Positions 37,875 to 47,801 of a DNA stretch of 64,000 bases are shown piece after piece (positions within the stretch are counted from its first letter, which is position 1; every line of letters begins with the position of its first letter). The stretch is taken from the NCBI GenBank assembly GCA_963756155.1, contig CAVWMQ010000010.1, positions 95,672 to 159,671 of the forward strand, in the 5' to 3' direction. Origin of the DNA: an uncultured delta proteobacterium. Its GTDB lineage: Bacteria; Desulfobacterota; Binatia; Binatales; Binataceae. Below the pieces are notes generated by a model. The model saw only the letters and a list, made by a program, of their open reading frames with translations. It did not search any database and was not told the DNA's origin. Made by a program: the position numbers and the translations under genes.

Positions 37875-38957
37875 TTACGACTCGCTGCCGGGCGGCTTGC
37901 GGTATTCGATTTTGCTCTTTTTCGCGAGTTGCTTGAGCATCGCCTTGACCACCGCTTCCTCGTTGAACGAAAGCAGTGCCATCGCGATCTTCGACTGGAC
38001 TTCACTCAACGGTGCTATCGTCGTTCCGCGCCGTGCCGTCACCAGGATGAAGCTGGGGCCCATGTTGGAGGTAAATACCGGCGTGAGATGCCCGACCGGC
38101 GTCGTGAAGACCTGTTTGTCCACGCTGGGAGGAAGCTGGCCGGGGCGAAAGTAGCCGAGGTCTCCGCCCTTCGCAGCGGACTCGGTGTCGTCAGAGTCCT
38201 TGCGGGCCAGTGCGGCGAAGTCCTTGGTCTTCAGCGCCTCGGCGTAGAGTGCCTGGATCTTTTTATCCGCCGCTGCCGTCTGTGCGTCCGTTGCGTCGGG
38301 CGGGAGCTTGACGGCGATGTGCGAGATCCGGACCTCGCCGGGATCTTTCACGAAGCGGTCTTTGTGCTCGTCGTAGTACTGCTGGATTTGCTGCGGGGTC
38401 GGCGTCACGTGATGCGCGCGGAACTCCTCATCGAGCATCTTCTCGACCTCGAGCATGCCCCGCGCCACGTCCATCAAGTCCGCGTCCGGCGCGCTGCCCG
38501 CCTCCTGGACCGTCTCACCGCTCGCGCCCGCGACCTGGAACTCGCGCGCGCGTTGCGCCACCTCGGCGTCGGGAATCGTTATCTTGCGGCGCTGCGCTTC
38601 CTGCAGCAGCAGCTCGCGGTTGATCAGATTTTCGGTCGCGTCTTTCCACACGGCGTTGGTTTCTTCGGTCGAGGTTGCGTTGATGAGCTGCGCCTCGGTT
38701 TTCGAATATTCGTCGATCTGGGTGACGGTGATCGGAGTTCCATTGACCATCACCACGACCGGATCCTTCGCATTCGGCTTGACCATCGGAACGATTCCGA
38801 GAAAGCGCTGCTGCCAGCTCAGATTTGATTCCCCGAGCGTCTGCGGGCCGGGAAGACTGTCGGCATGCGCCGCGGGCGCGAGCATCAGCGCGAGTACGGC
38901 CAGCGCAAGTGCCGCGGCCTGCGGGGCGGGCGCGACAGTCCTAAGTCGTGTCCTCAT
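37875..38957 (-). CDS. peptidylprolyl isomerase (SurA/PpiD-like, parvulin domain)
   Basis: Start taken at MRTRLRTVAP..LMLAPAAHA, which carries a signal peptide. The parvulin motif GGDLGYFRPGQLPPSVDKQVF...GPSFILV is present. Confidence 0.85.
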   Translation of the reverse strand: MRTRLRTVAPAPQAAALALAVLALMLAPAAHADSLPGPQTLGESNLSWQQRFLGIVPMVKPNAKDPVVVMVNGTPITVTQIDEYSKTEAQLINATSTEETNAVWKDATENLINRELLLQEAQRRKITIPDAEVAQRAREFQVAGASGETVQEAGSAPDADLMDVARGMLEVEKMLDEEFRAHHVTPTPQQIQQYYDEHKDRFVKDPGEVRISHIAVKLPPDATDAQTAAADKKIQALYAEALKTKDFAALARKDSDDTESAAKGGDLGYFRPGQLPPSVDKQVFTTPVGHLTPVFTSNMGPSFILVTARRGTTIAPLSEVQSKIAMALLSFNEEAVVKAMLKQLAKKSKIEYRKPPGSES

Positions 38958-39055
38958 CGCCTGATCCTTGTGCTCATCAGCGAACCCATATTGAATCAGT
39001 TCAATCCGGTTGGGGCGCACGCAACGCCGCGCTACGCCCCGGCCGCCAACTCCCG

Positions 39056-39241
39056 ATGGCGCAGCTTCGTTCCGCATGCCTGGTGGTCGCGATAATCGCG
39101 AGCATCTGTGCGTTGATCTCGGTCGTGGTCCTGTTCTTCGCGATCGAGCCTCCGTTCCTGGTGTCGATTTTCATTGCCTCGGGCGCTATCGCGATTGCAT
39201 GCTTCCTGATCGCCGGCGCCACCGCATACTTCATCGAATAA
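39056..39241 (+). CDS. possible small two-TM membrane protein
   Basis: A 61-aa ORF starting at an internal ATG with two hydrophobic helices (LVVAIIASICALISVVVLFFAI; VSIFIASGAIAIACFLIAGA). No homology evidence is available. Confidence 0.3.
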   Translation: MAQLRSACLVVAIIASICALISVVVLFFAIEPPFLVSIFIASGAIAIACFLIAGATAYFIE

Positions 39242-39243
39242 GC

Positions 39244-40026
39244 TCACGCACTGGACTCAGGCTGGGCGCGTTCCGGAACCATCGCGGGCGCATAAGCGGT
39301 GTTGCACGGCGCCCCGGGCGCGAACCAATGCTCGACGTGTCCGGGCTCGGTGCCGAGGAAAATCAGGCTGGAGGAGCGAGTGCCGTAGCCGTCGAGGTGG
39401 AGGCATAGCGAATTGGGCCGGTCGCCGCCGCGCGAGTCGAGCTGGGTTTCGTGATCGGCGAGAATCGCGCCTAGCTCGTCCTGCATCGCGACCGGATCGC
39501 GGCGGAACTCGGCGTGCTCGCCCAGGCGCGCGAACTTGCTGTAGGAGCGGCTGATCTTCGGACATTCGAAATCGTCGACGTCGAGATTGGTCAGCAGGTG
39601 AAGGCCAGGCGTCAGCGGCACCATCGCGATCACGCCGTCGCGATTGTGCGCGACCCAGGCTTCCTCACGCGAGGCGATCAACAGGTTAAACGGATTGTAG
39701 TCGCTGCCGCGCTGCGCGCGCGCGAAGCGGGCCGCGTCGGCGGCGTTACGCTGGCCGAGCGCATCCAGGCATAGCAGCCCGCGCGAGCGAACGTCGGGAT
39801 TGGCGCCCTCGACCGCACGACGGTTGAGCAACCCGGCCACCACTCCATACTCGTTGATTCCGAGCCACGTGCCGCCTGCCTTCAGATCCTTTCCACCGAC
39901 GACGTGCGGATGATGCGCGAGCGTGGTCGGGTTGCCGGCCGGACGCGCCAGGAACTCATCGCGATTCGCCGCTATCACGACCGGATAGCTGCGGGTCACT
40001 TTGAAATAAATCGCCAGCGTACACAT
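39244..40026 (-). CDS. NRDE family protein (TANGO2/DUF833-like)
   Basis: Start taken at MCTLAIYF, the Met-Cys start typical of this family. The eponymous motif VIAANRDEF is present. Confidence 0.85.
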   Translation of the reverse strand: MCTLAIYFKVTRSYPVVIAANRDEFLARPAGNPTTLAHHPHVVGGKDLKAGGTWLGINEYGVVAGLLNRRAVEGANPDVRSRGLLCLDALGQRNAADAARFARAQRGSDYNPFNLLIASREEAWVAHNRDGVIAMVPLTPGLHLLTNLDVDDFECPKISRSYSKFARLGEHAEFRRDPVAMQDELGAILADHETQLDSRGGDRPNSLCLHLDGYGTRSSSLIFLGTEPGHVEHWFAPGAPCNTAYAPAMVPERAQPESSA

Positions 40027-40099
40027 CACCTTCATAATTGGCAGGAGCGGACGCTCCTCAGCAAGGGGCAATACGCAATCGTTCTGGTACACTTTTGCT

Positions 40100-41344
40100 G
40101 TGGCGGCGCACCCTCTCGAGAAGGCCCATTTCGACGTGATTCTGATCGGCGCCGGCGTGATCGGCAGCTCGGTCGCGATGGGCTTGGCGGAGCGCGGGCT
40201 CAAGGCGCTCGCGGTCGATATCGACCTTAGCGGGCGCCTGAGCTCGAGTGAGAAAAACGCCGGCGGCGTGCGCGCCACCTGGTGGCAGCGCGTCAATATC
40301 GCGCTGTGCCGCGCCTCGATCGAGTACTACGAACGGGTGCGCGACGAAGTCGGGTTCCGCCAGAAGGGCTACTTGTGGCTCTACGGCGACGACACCTGGG
40401 ACAAGGCGCGCGAGCATCTGACGATTCAGCGCGAGCTCGGACATCCGATCGAAGCGCTGACTGCCGCCGAGGTGAATCGCCGCTTTCCGGAGATCGACCA
40501 GCTCGAGGGAATCGCGGGCGCGACCTTCTCGCCCGCCGACGGGCTCATCAATCCGAACCTGCTCAAGGAGCACTACCGGGCGCGCGCGCGTGCGGCGGGC
40601 GCGCAATTTCTCGACCGCACTTTCGTGCTCGCGATCGAGCCGGGCGGCTCCGAGGTGCGAATTCAATGCTGGCAGGCCGACGATGCGCTGAGCGACGCCG
40701 AACTCACGCGGATGATGACGCAAGATCCACCGGTAGAGCCGGGGCAGGGAGAATCCGAGACCGGGCGGCTGTTGGAGCTGCGCGCGGATTCGATCGTGAT
40801 CACCGGCGGCGCATGGTCGCCGCTCGCGCTCAAGCTGCTCGGACTCAGGAACTGGAGCCAGCCGGTTCGCCGCCAGGTCTGCATCGTTGACAGCCGCGTC
40901 ACCAACCTCGCGCAATACGGGATGATCGTCGACACCTCGGGCGTATACTTTCACAACGAGGGGCCGCACATCCTGGCTGGATACTCGCCGCGCGAGGAGC
41001 CGCCCGGCTATCACTTCAACTACGACGGCGAGCAATTTTTCCTTAACGAGATTTGGCCGCGAATGTTCGCGCGGATGAGCTCGATGGAGCGGCTGAAGCA
41101 CGTCACCGGATGGGCCGGGCTGTACGAGGTCTCGCCGGATCGCAGCGCGATCGTAGGGCGCGCGATGGCGCGGGTGTTCGAGGCGCACTCGTTCAGCGGC
41201 CGCGGCGTGATGCAGTCCTACGGGGCGGGGCAGGCGCTCGCCGACCTGATCGCGACGGGCAGCTACGGCCGCTTCGACGCGAGCGCGCTCTCGCGTGATC
41301 GCTTCGAGACCGGTGCGCAAGTCTGGGAAGAGCTGCACATCTGA
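40100..41344 (+). CDS. FAD-dependent oxidoreductase (DAO family, sarcosine/glycine oxidase-like)
   Basis: GTG start. The dinucleotide-binding motif DVILIGAGVIGSSVAMGLAERG is present. The protein is 414 aa. Confidence 0.88.
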   Translation: MAAHPLEKAHFDVILIGAGVIGSSVAMGLAERGLKALAVDIDLSGRLSSSEKNAGGVRATWWQRVNIALCRASIEYYERVRDEVGFRQKGYLWLYGDDTWDKAREHLTIQRELGHPIEALTAAEVNRRFPEIDQLEGIAGATFSPADGLINPNLLKEHYRARARAAGAQFLDRTFVLAIEPGGSEVRIQCWQADDALSDAELTRMMTQDPPVEPGQGESETGRLLELRADSIVITGGAWSPLALKLLGLRNWSQPVRRQVCIVDSRVTNLAQYGMIVDTSGVYFHNEGPHILAGYSPREEPPGYHFNYDGEQFFLNEIWPRMFARMSSMERLKHVTGWAGLYEVSPDRSAIVGRAMARVFEAHSFSGRGVMQSYGAGQALADLIATGSYGRFDASALSRDRFETGAQVWEELHI

Positions 41345-41474
41345 TCTCGCCCGCGACCTGCAAAATCGCATCGCAAGCCCATGAAAACCGCGCGATGGGT
41401 TTGTCTCCCAGTCGTATATAATCGCTCGGTCCGGGGGACGCGGCGGGCATAGGGCGTCACCGGCACTGGCGACG

Positions 41475-44400
41475 ATGATCTGTAATTCATGCGGATGTCC
41501 GAACGCAGCCGATCGCAAATTCTGCGGTGGATGCGGAAAGACGCTCGTGCCCGCAAGTGGCGCGTCGCGAGCGCAAGCGGCGCCGCAGTCGTCCGGCGCG
41601 GCATCGCAAACCTCGATCATATGCAACGCGTGCGGATGTCCCAACGACGCGGGCCGCAACTTCTGCGGCGGATGCGGCGCGGCGCTCGCAGTCGCATGCC
41701 CGTCGTGCGGCGCGCCGCATCGCGTCGAAGAGCGATACTGCGGCGCGTGCGGCAAATCGTTGGACGGAGCGAAGTCGGGATCGGCAGGGGCGTCGTCGCA
41801 ACCCTCGACGCTGTCCGCGGGAGCGTCGTCCGCGGCGCAGTCGCCGATGCCCACTTCGATCGCCGGCGGCCGCTATCGCGTGCTCCAGCTGCTCGGCGAA
41901 GGCCGCAGCAAGGTCGTCTATCTCGCGCATGACGCCGCGATCGATCGCGACGTCGCCATCGCACTGTTCAAGATCGATCAACTCGACGAAGCCGGTCGCG
42001 AGCGCACCAGCCGCGAGGCGCGCGCGATGGGCCGCCTCGGCGAACATCCGCACATCGTCAACATTTACGACATCGGAGAGGAGGCCGGCCGGCCGTACAT
42101 CGTCAGCCAGTACATGCCCGGCGGCTCGGTCGACGATTTGATTAGGCGCCGCGGCCGGCGCGGGCTCGCGCTCGACGACGCGATCCGGATCGCGACGGAG
42201 GTGGCCGACGCGCTCGACTATGCGCACTCGCGCGGCGTGATTCATCGCGACCTCAAGCCCGCCAATGTTTTCATCGCGCAGAACGGGCAGAGCATGCTCG
42301 GCGACTTCGGCCTCGCGATCGCGCCCGACCAGTCGCGACTCACCGTGCAGGGCATGATGGTCGGCACCGTCGCGTACATGCCGCCCGAGCAAACGCTCGG
42401 CAAGCCGCTGGAGCCGCGCAGCGATCTCTACTCGCTCGGCGCGATGCTGTTCGAGATGCTGACGGGACGGCCGCCGTTCATCGGCGACGATCTGATGGCG
42501 ATTCTCACGCAGCACGTGAGCGCTGCGCCGCCCGTGCCGTCGTCGATCGCGCCCGAGGTGCCGCGCGCGCTCGACGACTTGGTGCTGCGGATGCTCGCGA
42601 AGACGCCGGAGGCGCGGCCCGCGAGCGCGGCGACGGTGCGCGATCAGTTGCGCTCGATGACGTCGGCACCGCCGGCGGCGATCGACGTGATCGCATCGAC
42701 GGTCATGATCGAGCGGCCGAACCTGCGCGCGCAGTCGGCGCCCGACGGCACCGTCAGCATTTTATTTTCGGACGTCGAGAATTCCACGATCATGACCGAG
42801 CGCCTGGGCGACCTTCGGGCGGCCGAAGTGATGGGCGTGCACAATCGGATCATACGCGACCAGGTTGCCAAACAGCAGGGTTTCGAAGTCAAGGCGATGG
42901 GTGACGGCTTCATGATCGCCTTTGCCAGCGCAAGACGTGCCTTGAATTGCGCTATCGGCATCCAGCGTGCCTTGGCTGACTATTGCCGCGATAACCCCGG
43001 CGTACCGATTCGCGTGCGGATCGGGATCAACATGGGCGAGGCGATCCAGGAGGAGGGCGATTTCTTCGGCAAGGCCGTGATCCTCGCCGCGCGCATCGGG
43101 GCGGCCGCCAAGGCCGGCGAAATCCTGGTCTCACCGACGGTCAAAGAGGTGACCCAGAGCGCCGGCGATCTCCGCTTCGACGACGGCCGCGAGATGCAGC
43201 TCAAGGGCCTGGCCGGCAACTATCGCGTCTATCGCGTGAAGTGGGCCGCCGGCGAGCAGAACTGTCCGCGATGCGCCCGGCCGCTGCCCCCCGGCTCCGA
43301 CGAATGTCCGTTCTGCACCGCGAGCACTGCGCGAGGCCCCGTGTCGACCGAACCTAGTATCGCGGCGGCCGACACTCGCGCCGTCCGGCGCCGCGACCGG
43401 GTGCGGAGTCCGACGCGCCGCTGGATCGTGCTTGCGATCATCGCCGTCGTCGTGATCAGAGGCGCGTTCGCCGGCCACGGGTTTTTTCACGATCAGCAGC
43501 AGACCCCCAAACAGGCGCCGGAGAACTTGCAATCCGGATCGCCGGCCCCAGCCCCGGCTGCGATCGCGCCGAATGCTGCGACTGCCGCGCCGAATCCGCA
43601 AGTCGCCGCGATCGCTCCGGCTCCCGCGGCGTCCGAGCTGCAGGAGACGACCAGCAACGGCTTCGCTCCGAAGAACGCGGTCGTCGAGCTCAACCATTTG
43701 CGCCGCGCCGCCGGACTGCTCGCCGTCCTCGGCGACCCAGCGGCGCACGAGGCCAACGTGATCCGCGCGCGCAAGGTGCTCGATAAGTACGAGGAGGACC
43801 ACGGCTCGGCGTCGCAGGGCGAGACCGGCTCCGCCGCGATGCCCGATCTGAACGATCGCATTGTCGGACGTCCTACGTACGGGCCTGACGGGCTTGGCGC
43901 CGCGCCTACCGCCTTCGTGTTCAAGGGCCTGGGCCGGCGCTTCACCGGCGCCGAGATCCTCAATCGCATGGCGGCGATGCCGTTCGCGGCGCTCAGGTTT
44001 CTCGATCCGCAACTCGCCGAAATCGGATTTGGCAGCGCGTGCTCGAAGGGCGAATGCTGCGCGCTGGTCACGATGCAGCGCGGCCTGGCGAAGCCGCTCA
44101 GGATCAAGATGTTCGTGGCGACCGAGCGCGATCGCACCTGGAATGCCGCGCTCGGTCCGATACCGCCGACGCGCGGCCGGCTGAAGATGCCGGTTGAATT
44201 TCCGCCGCCGGGCGCGGCGACCACGACGCTCGCGTATCGCGGCGGCGACTGGCCCAATCCGATCGCGGTGTGCCCCGGCTACGCGCTGCCGACCGGTCCG
44301 GCGGTGATCCTCGAACTCGGCGCGGGATCAAACGGCGCGGACGATCCTCTGATCTCGAGTCATTTGATCACGCGCGCCGGCGCCGAGGTGCCCAACTGCC

Positions 44401-44600
44401 TGGTACGGCCGTCCGCGTTTCGCAAGGCCAACGAGCTGTGGGGGCAGGCCGCGCGCGGATTTCTGAGCGGCGCCGGAGCGGTGATGCTGATCCCGCGCGA
44501 GCCGCTGGTGCCCGGCAGCTCCTACACCGTCTCGATCACCGCCGACTCGACGCCGTACACGTGGTCGTTCACTGCCGCGTCAGCGCCGGCGGCGCCGTAA
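41475..44600 (+). CDS. multidomain signalling protein: zinc ribbons - Ser/Thr protein kinase - class III nucleotidyl cyclase - zinc ribbon - TM - periplasmic domain
   Basis: 1041 aa. It has CxxC..CxxC ribbons, kinase motifs HRDLKPANV, DFG and TVAYMPPE, cyclase motifs ILFSDVENST, KAMGDGFMIAF and RIGINMGE, a CPRC..CPFC ribbon, the TM helix WIVLAIIAVVVI, and a C-terminal region of about 370 aa. Confidence 0.9.
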   Translation: MICNSCGCPNAADRKFCGGCGKTLVPASGASRAQAAPQSSGAASQTSIICNACGCPNDAGRNFCGGCGAALAVACPSCGAPHRVEERYCGACGKSLDGAKSGSAGASSQPSTLSAGASSAAQSPMPTSIAGGRYRVLQLLGEGRSKVVYLAHDAAIDRDVAIALFKIDQLDEAGRERTSREARAMGRLGEHPHIVNIYDIGEEAGRPYIVSQYMPGGSVDDLIRRRGRRGLALDDAIRIATEVADALDYAHSRGVIHRDLKPANVFIAQNGQSMLGDFGLAIAPDQSRLTVQGMMVGTVAYMPPEQTLGKPLEPRSDLYSLGAMLFEMLTGRPPFIGDDLMAILTQHVSAAPPVPSSIAPEVPRALDDLVLRMLAKTPEARPASAATVRDQLRSMTSAPPAAIDVIASTVMIERPNLRAQSAPDGTVSILFSDVENSTIMTERLGDLRAAEVMGVHNRIIRDQVAKQQGFEVKAMGDGFMIAFASARRALNCAIGIQRALADYCRDNPGVPIRVRIGINMGEAIQEEGDFFGKAVILAARIGAAAKAGEILVSPTVKEVTQSAGDLRFDDGREMQLKGLAGNYRVYRVKWAAGEQNCPRCARPLPPGSDECPFCTASTARGPVSTEPSIAAADTRAVRRRDRVRSPTRRWIVLAIIAVVVIRGAFAGHGFFHDQQQTPKQAPENLQSGSPAPAPAAIAPNAATAAPNPQVAAIAPAPAASELQETTSNGFAPKNAVVELNHLRRAAGLLAVLGDPAAHEANVIRARKVLDKYEEDHGSASQGETGSAAMPDLNDRIVGRPTYGPDGLGAAPTAFVFKGLGRRFTGAEILNRMAAMPFAALRFLDPQLAEIGFGSACSKGECCALVTMQRGLAKPLRIKMFVATERDRTWNAALGPIPPTRGRLKMPVEFPPPGAATTTLAYRGGDWPNPIAVCPGYALPTGPAVILELGAGSNGADDPLISSHLITRAGAEVPNCLVRPSAFRKANELWGQAARGFLSGAGAVMLIPREPLVPGSSYTVSITADSTPYTWSFTAASAPAAP

Positions 44601-44685
44601 TGGGTTTCCTCGATGTTGCTGCGCGTGATATTGGATTTGGACTGCGCCGGTGCGTGGGTGACGCCGCTACCGTCGAGGAGGGTTG

Positions 44686-45645
44686 ATGTTTTCATCGATC
44701 GAGGATGTCATCGAAAGATTCGCCAGCAACAATTATATCGCGAGCCGGCGAATCGCGACCGTCATCTACCTGGCCGCCGAGCTTAAAAAGCCCGTGCTGG
44801 TCGAGGGCCCCGCTGGTGTCGGCAAGACCGATCTCGCCAAGGTACTCGCGCTCGCGCTCGGCTTCGAACTGATTCGGCTGCAGTGTTACGAGGGCCTGGA
44901 TGAGGGCAAGGCGCTGTACGAATGGGAGTATGCCAAGCAGCTTCTGTACACGCAGATTTTGAAGGACAAGATCGGCGAGGTGCTGGTCGGCGCGCGCGGG
45001 CTCAAGGAAGCGGTCGACATGATCGCGAAGGAAGACGACGTGTTCTTCTCCGAGCGCTTCGTGCTGCCGCGCCCGCTGTTGAAAGCGATCTCGAGTCCGC
45101 AGCCGTCGGTGCTGCTGATCGACGAGATCGACAAGGCCGACGCGGAGTTCGAGGCGTTCCTGCTCGAGTTGCTGTCCGATTTCCAGGTCACCGTGCCGGA
45201 GCTCGGCACGCTGAAGGCCAAGCATATCCCGCTGGTGGTGCTGACCTCGAACAACGCGCGCGAAATGTCCGACGCGCTCAAGCGCCGCTGCCTGCATCTG
45301 TATATCGACTTCCCGGATCGCGCCCAGGAGCTTGCGATCATCAAGATCAAGGCGCCCGAGGCGGCGCAGAAGCTCGCCGAGGAAGTCGTGACGGTGGTGC
45401 AGTCGCTGCGCAAGCTCGATCTCAAGAAAGCCCCGGGCATCAGCGAGACGCTGGACTGGGTGAAGGCGCTGACCCTGCTCAACGTGCAGACGCTCGACCA
45501 GGAGCTGGTCAACGAGACGCTCGACACGATCGTGAAGTACGAGGGCGACGTGCGCAAAGCGCAGGAAGAGTTGAAGGACTACGTGCGGCGGGTGCGCGCG
45601 CGCCGCGGCACCGAGGCGGGCAGCGACAAGGACCTGCTGAACTGA
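44686..45645 (+). CDS. MoxR-family AAA+ ATPase (CoxD-like)
   Basis: ATG at 44686 (TTG at 44683 is an alternative) follows GAGGAGG. Walker A (GPAGVGKT) and Walker B (VLLIDEIDKA) motifs are present. The protein is about 319 aa. Confidence 0.92.
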   Translation: MFSSIEDVIERFASNNYIASRRIATVIYLAAELKKPVLVEGPAGVGKTDLAKVLALALGFELIRLQCYEGLDEGKALYEWEYAKQLLYTQILKDKIGEVLVGARGLKEAVDMIAKEDDVFFSERFVLPRPLLKAISSPQPSVLLIDEIDKADAEFEAFLLELLSDFQVTVPELGTLKAKHIPLVVLTSNNAREMSDALKRRCLHLYIDFPDRAQELAIIKIKAPEAAQKLAEEVVTVVQSLRKLDLKKAPGISETLDWVKALTLLNVQTLDQELVNETLDTIVKYEGDVRKAQEELKDYVRRVRARRGTEAGSDKDLLN

Positions 45646-45659
45646 TCGAGTCATAAACG

Positions 45660-47072
45660 ATGGAAGAAAAGCTCGTCGAATTTGCAAATCTGCTCCGCGA
45701 GAACGGCGTGCGCGTCTCGCTGGCGGAGACGCTCGACGCGTTCTTCGCCTCGGAAGTGACCGGCCTTGGCGAGCGCGACGCGTTCCGGTCGGCATTGCGC
45801 GCCACCATGGTCAAGCGCGCCTCGGAGCTGCCGGTTTTCGAGGAGCTGTTCGACATTTATTTTTCCGGCCTGGGCGAGATCATCAAGCAGGCCAGCCAGG
45901 CGGTGCAGAACGCGCTCTCGATGTCTGACCAGGAATTCCAGAAGTTCCTGGAACAGGTCGAGGAGATGCTCAAGAAAGAGGGCAAGAACCTCTCCGATCT
46001 CGCCAAGAAACTCCTGCAGAACAACTCCGGCGAGATGGAGCGGCAGATCCGCGACGCCGCGCGCGCGGTGCGCCTGAAGGGAATCGAGCGCACCATCGAG
46101 GAGAACTATTTCGCGCGCGCGCTCGCGCGTCAGCTCGGGCTGGACAAGATCGAAGCGGAGATCCGGGAGCTGCGCGAGCAGCTCGAGAAGATGGACATCG
46201 GCTCGGCGCTGCGCGGCAAGCTCGAGGAGTACCTGGAGCGGCGGCTCAAGGCGCTCGACGACATCATCCGGCGCTACGTGCGGATGGAGCGCGAGAAGCG
46301 CGACATCAAGCAGAAGGAAGATCCGCGCTTCAACCAGATCGGCGAGAAGAGCTTCTACTACCTGACCGAGGAAGAGCTGCGGAAGATGAACGAGGCGGTG
46401 ACGCGCCTGGCGCAGCGCCTCAAGAACGTGATCACGATCCGGCGCAAGCGCGCCAAGAAGGGCCGCTTCGACATCAAGCGCACCCTGCGCCAGAACATGG
46501 AGAACGGCGGGGTGCCGTTCAAGCTGCGCTTCGAGCGGCGCAAGAAGGAAAAGCCGCAGGTGCTGATCCTGTGCGACGTGTCGGATTCGGTGCGCAACGC
46601 CTCGCGCTTCATGCTGCAGTTCGTGTACTCGCTGCAGGATCTGTACTCGCGGGTGCGCAGCTTCATTTTCGTGTCCGACATCGGCGAGGTCACCGAACAT
46701 TTCCGCAACAACGACGCGAAGGAGGCGCTCGACGTCGCGCTCAAGGGCGACGTCATCAACGTCTACGCGCATTCCAATTTCGGCTATGCGTTCCGCAACT
46801 TCGTGGCCGACCATCTTGGTGCCGTGAACAAGCGGACTACCGTGATCGTGCTTGGTGACGCGAGGAATAACTACAACTTGCCACACGACTGGTGCCTGCG
46901 CGAAATCCGCCAGCGCGCCAAGCGGGTCATCTGGCTCAATCCCGAAAGCCGCAACACCTGGGGTTTCGGCGACAGCGAGATGGAACGCTATGCCGTGCAT
47001 TGCGATCTGGTGGAAGAGTGCCGCAATCTCAACCAGCTCTACCGGGTGATCGATCGCCTGGTCGCCGCCTGA
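45660..47072 (+). CDS. VWA domain protein (CoxE-like)
   Basis: It has the MIDAS motif LCDVSDSV and the C-terminal stretch VIVLGDARNNY..VIWLNPE typical of CoxE-type VWA proteins. It starts 15 nt after the MoxR gene. Confidence 0.9.
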   Translation: MEEKLVEFANLLRENGVRVSLAETLDAFFASEVTGLGERDAFRSALRATMVKRASELPVFEELFDIYFSGLGEIIKQASQAVQNALSMSDQEFQKFLEQVEEMLKKEGKNLSDLAKKLLQNNSGEMERQIRDAARAVRLKGIERTIEENYFARALARQLGLDKIEAEIRELREQLEKMDIGSALRGKLEEYLERRLKALDDIIRRYVRMEREKRDIKQKEDPRFNQIGEKSFYYLTEEELRKMNEAVTRLAQRLKNVITIRRKRAKKGRFDIKRTLRQNMENGGVPFKLRFERRKKEKPQVLILCDVSDSVRNASRFMLQFVYSLQDLYSRVRSFIFVSDIGEVTEHFRNNDAKEALDVALKGDVINVYAHSNFGYAFRNFVADHLGAVNKRTTVIVLGDARNNYNLPHDWCLREIRQRAKRVIWLNPESRNTWGFGDSEMERYAVHCDLVEECRNLNQLYRVIDRLVAA

Positions 47073-47206
47073 TAACGTGGCTCGCCGCCACGCGCGCCCG
47101 GGTTCGGTTGACCACGAGGCGTGTTTGGGCCAAGATATTTTCCGGAAGAGACGCGCCGCGCCCGCAATCTCGCGCACTGCAGAAGCGCCCTCCAGCGAGC
47201 TCGAAT

Positions 47207-47740
47207 ATGGCTGTGGATAGAAAAGACTACATCCTGATGATGGTCGGGGGGATTACGGTCGAGCCCAACAGCAAGACGCCGGTAGTGGTGCTGAAAGATC
47301 CCGACAACAAGCTCAATCTGCCGATCTGGATCGGCCCGCTGGAAGGACAGGCGATCGCGATCGAGCGCGAGGGCGTCAAGCCGCCGCGTCCGATGACTCA
47401 CGATCTGATCCGCAACCTGCTCGCCGAATTCGGCGCGACTGTCGAGTCGGTAGAGATCACCGATCTGCGCGACCAGACCTATTTCGCGCGCATCCAGCTC
47501 AAGACCCGCGAGGGCAGGGCGCTCGGACTCGACTCGCGCCCCTCGGATGCGATCGCGCTCGCGCTGCGGACCAACTCGCCAATCTACGTCGCCAAGAAAG
47601 TGCTCGAGGACTCCAGCGAGTTGCAGGAGACGCAGGGCGAGTCGAGCTCCGCGGATCAGAACCTGGCCAGCGTCTCGCGCGACAAGTGGGCCGAGATTCT
47701 CGAGCGGATGTCGCCCGAGGACTTCAAGTACAAGATGTGA
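47207..47740 (+). CDS. bifunctional nuclease family protein (DUF151/BFN)
   Basis: Internal ATG at 47207. Motifs present: PVVVLKD..LPIWIGPLEGQAIA, RPMTHDL, DSRPSDAIALALR. Confidence 0.88.
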   Translation: MAVDRKDYILMMVGGITVEPNSKTPVVVLKDPDNKLNLPIWIGPLEGQAIAIEREGVKPPRPMTHDLIRNLLAEFGATVESVEITDLRDQTYFARIQLKTREGRALGLDSRPSDAIALALRTNSPIYVAKKVLEDSSELQETQGESSSADQNLASVSRDKWAEILERMSPEDFKYKM

Positions 47741-47801
47741 GCCGGGGCGCCCGCCCCACGCTCGACTGACGCTCGCCTGAGCGGCGCCGCCGCAAGCCGA
47801 C

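Noticed and set aside
40058-41854. A 598-aa ORF on the minus strand spanning the FAD-oxidoreductase gene and the start of the kinase-cyclase gene.
   Set aside because: It is antisense to two ORFs with clear domain signatures. Its composition is dominated by Arg, Ala and Pro, and no motif is recognisable. Such stop-free antisense frames are typical of high-GC DNA.
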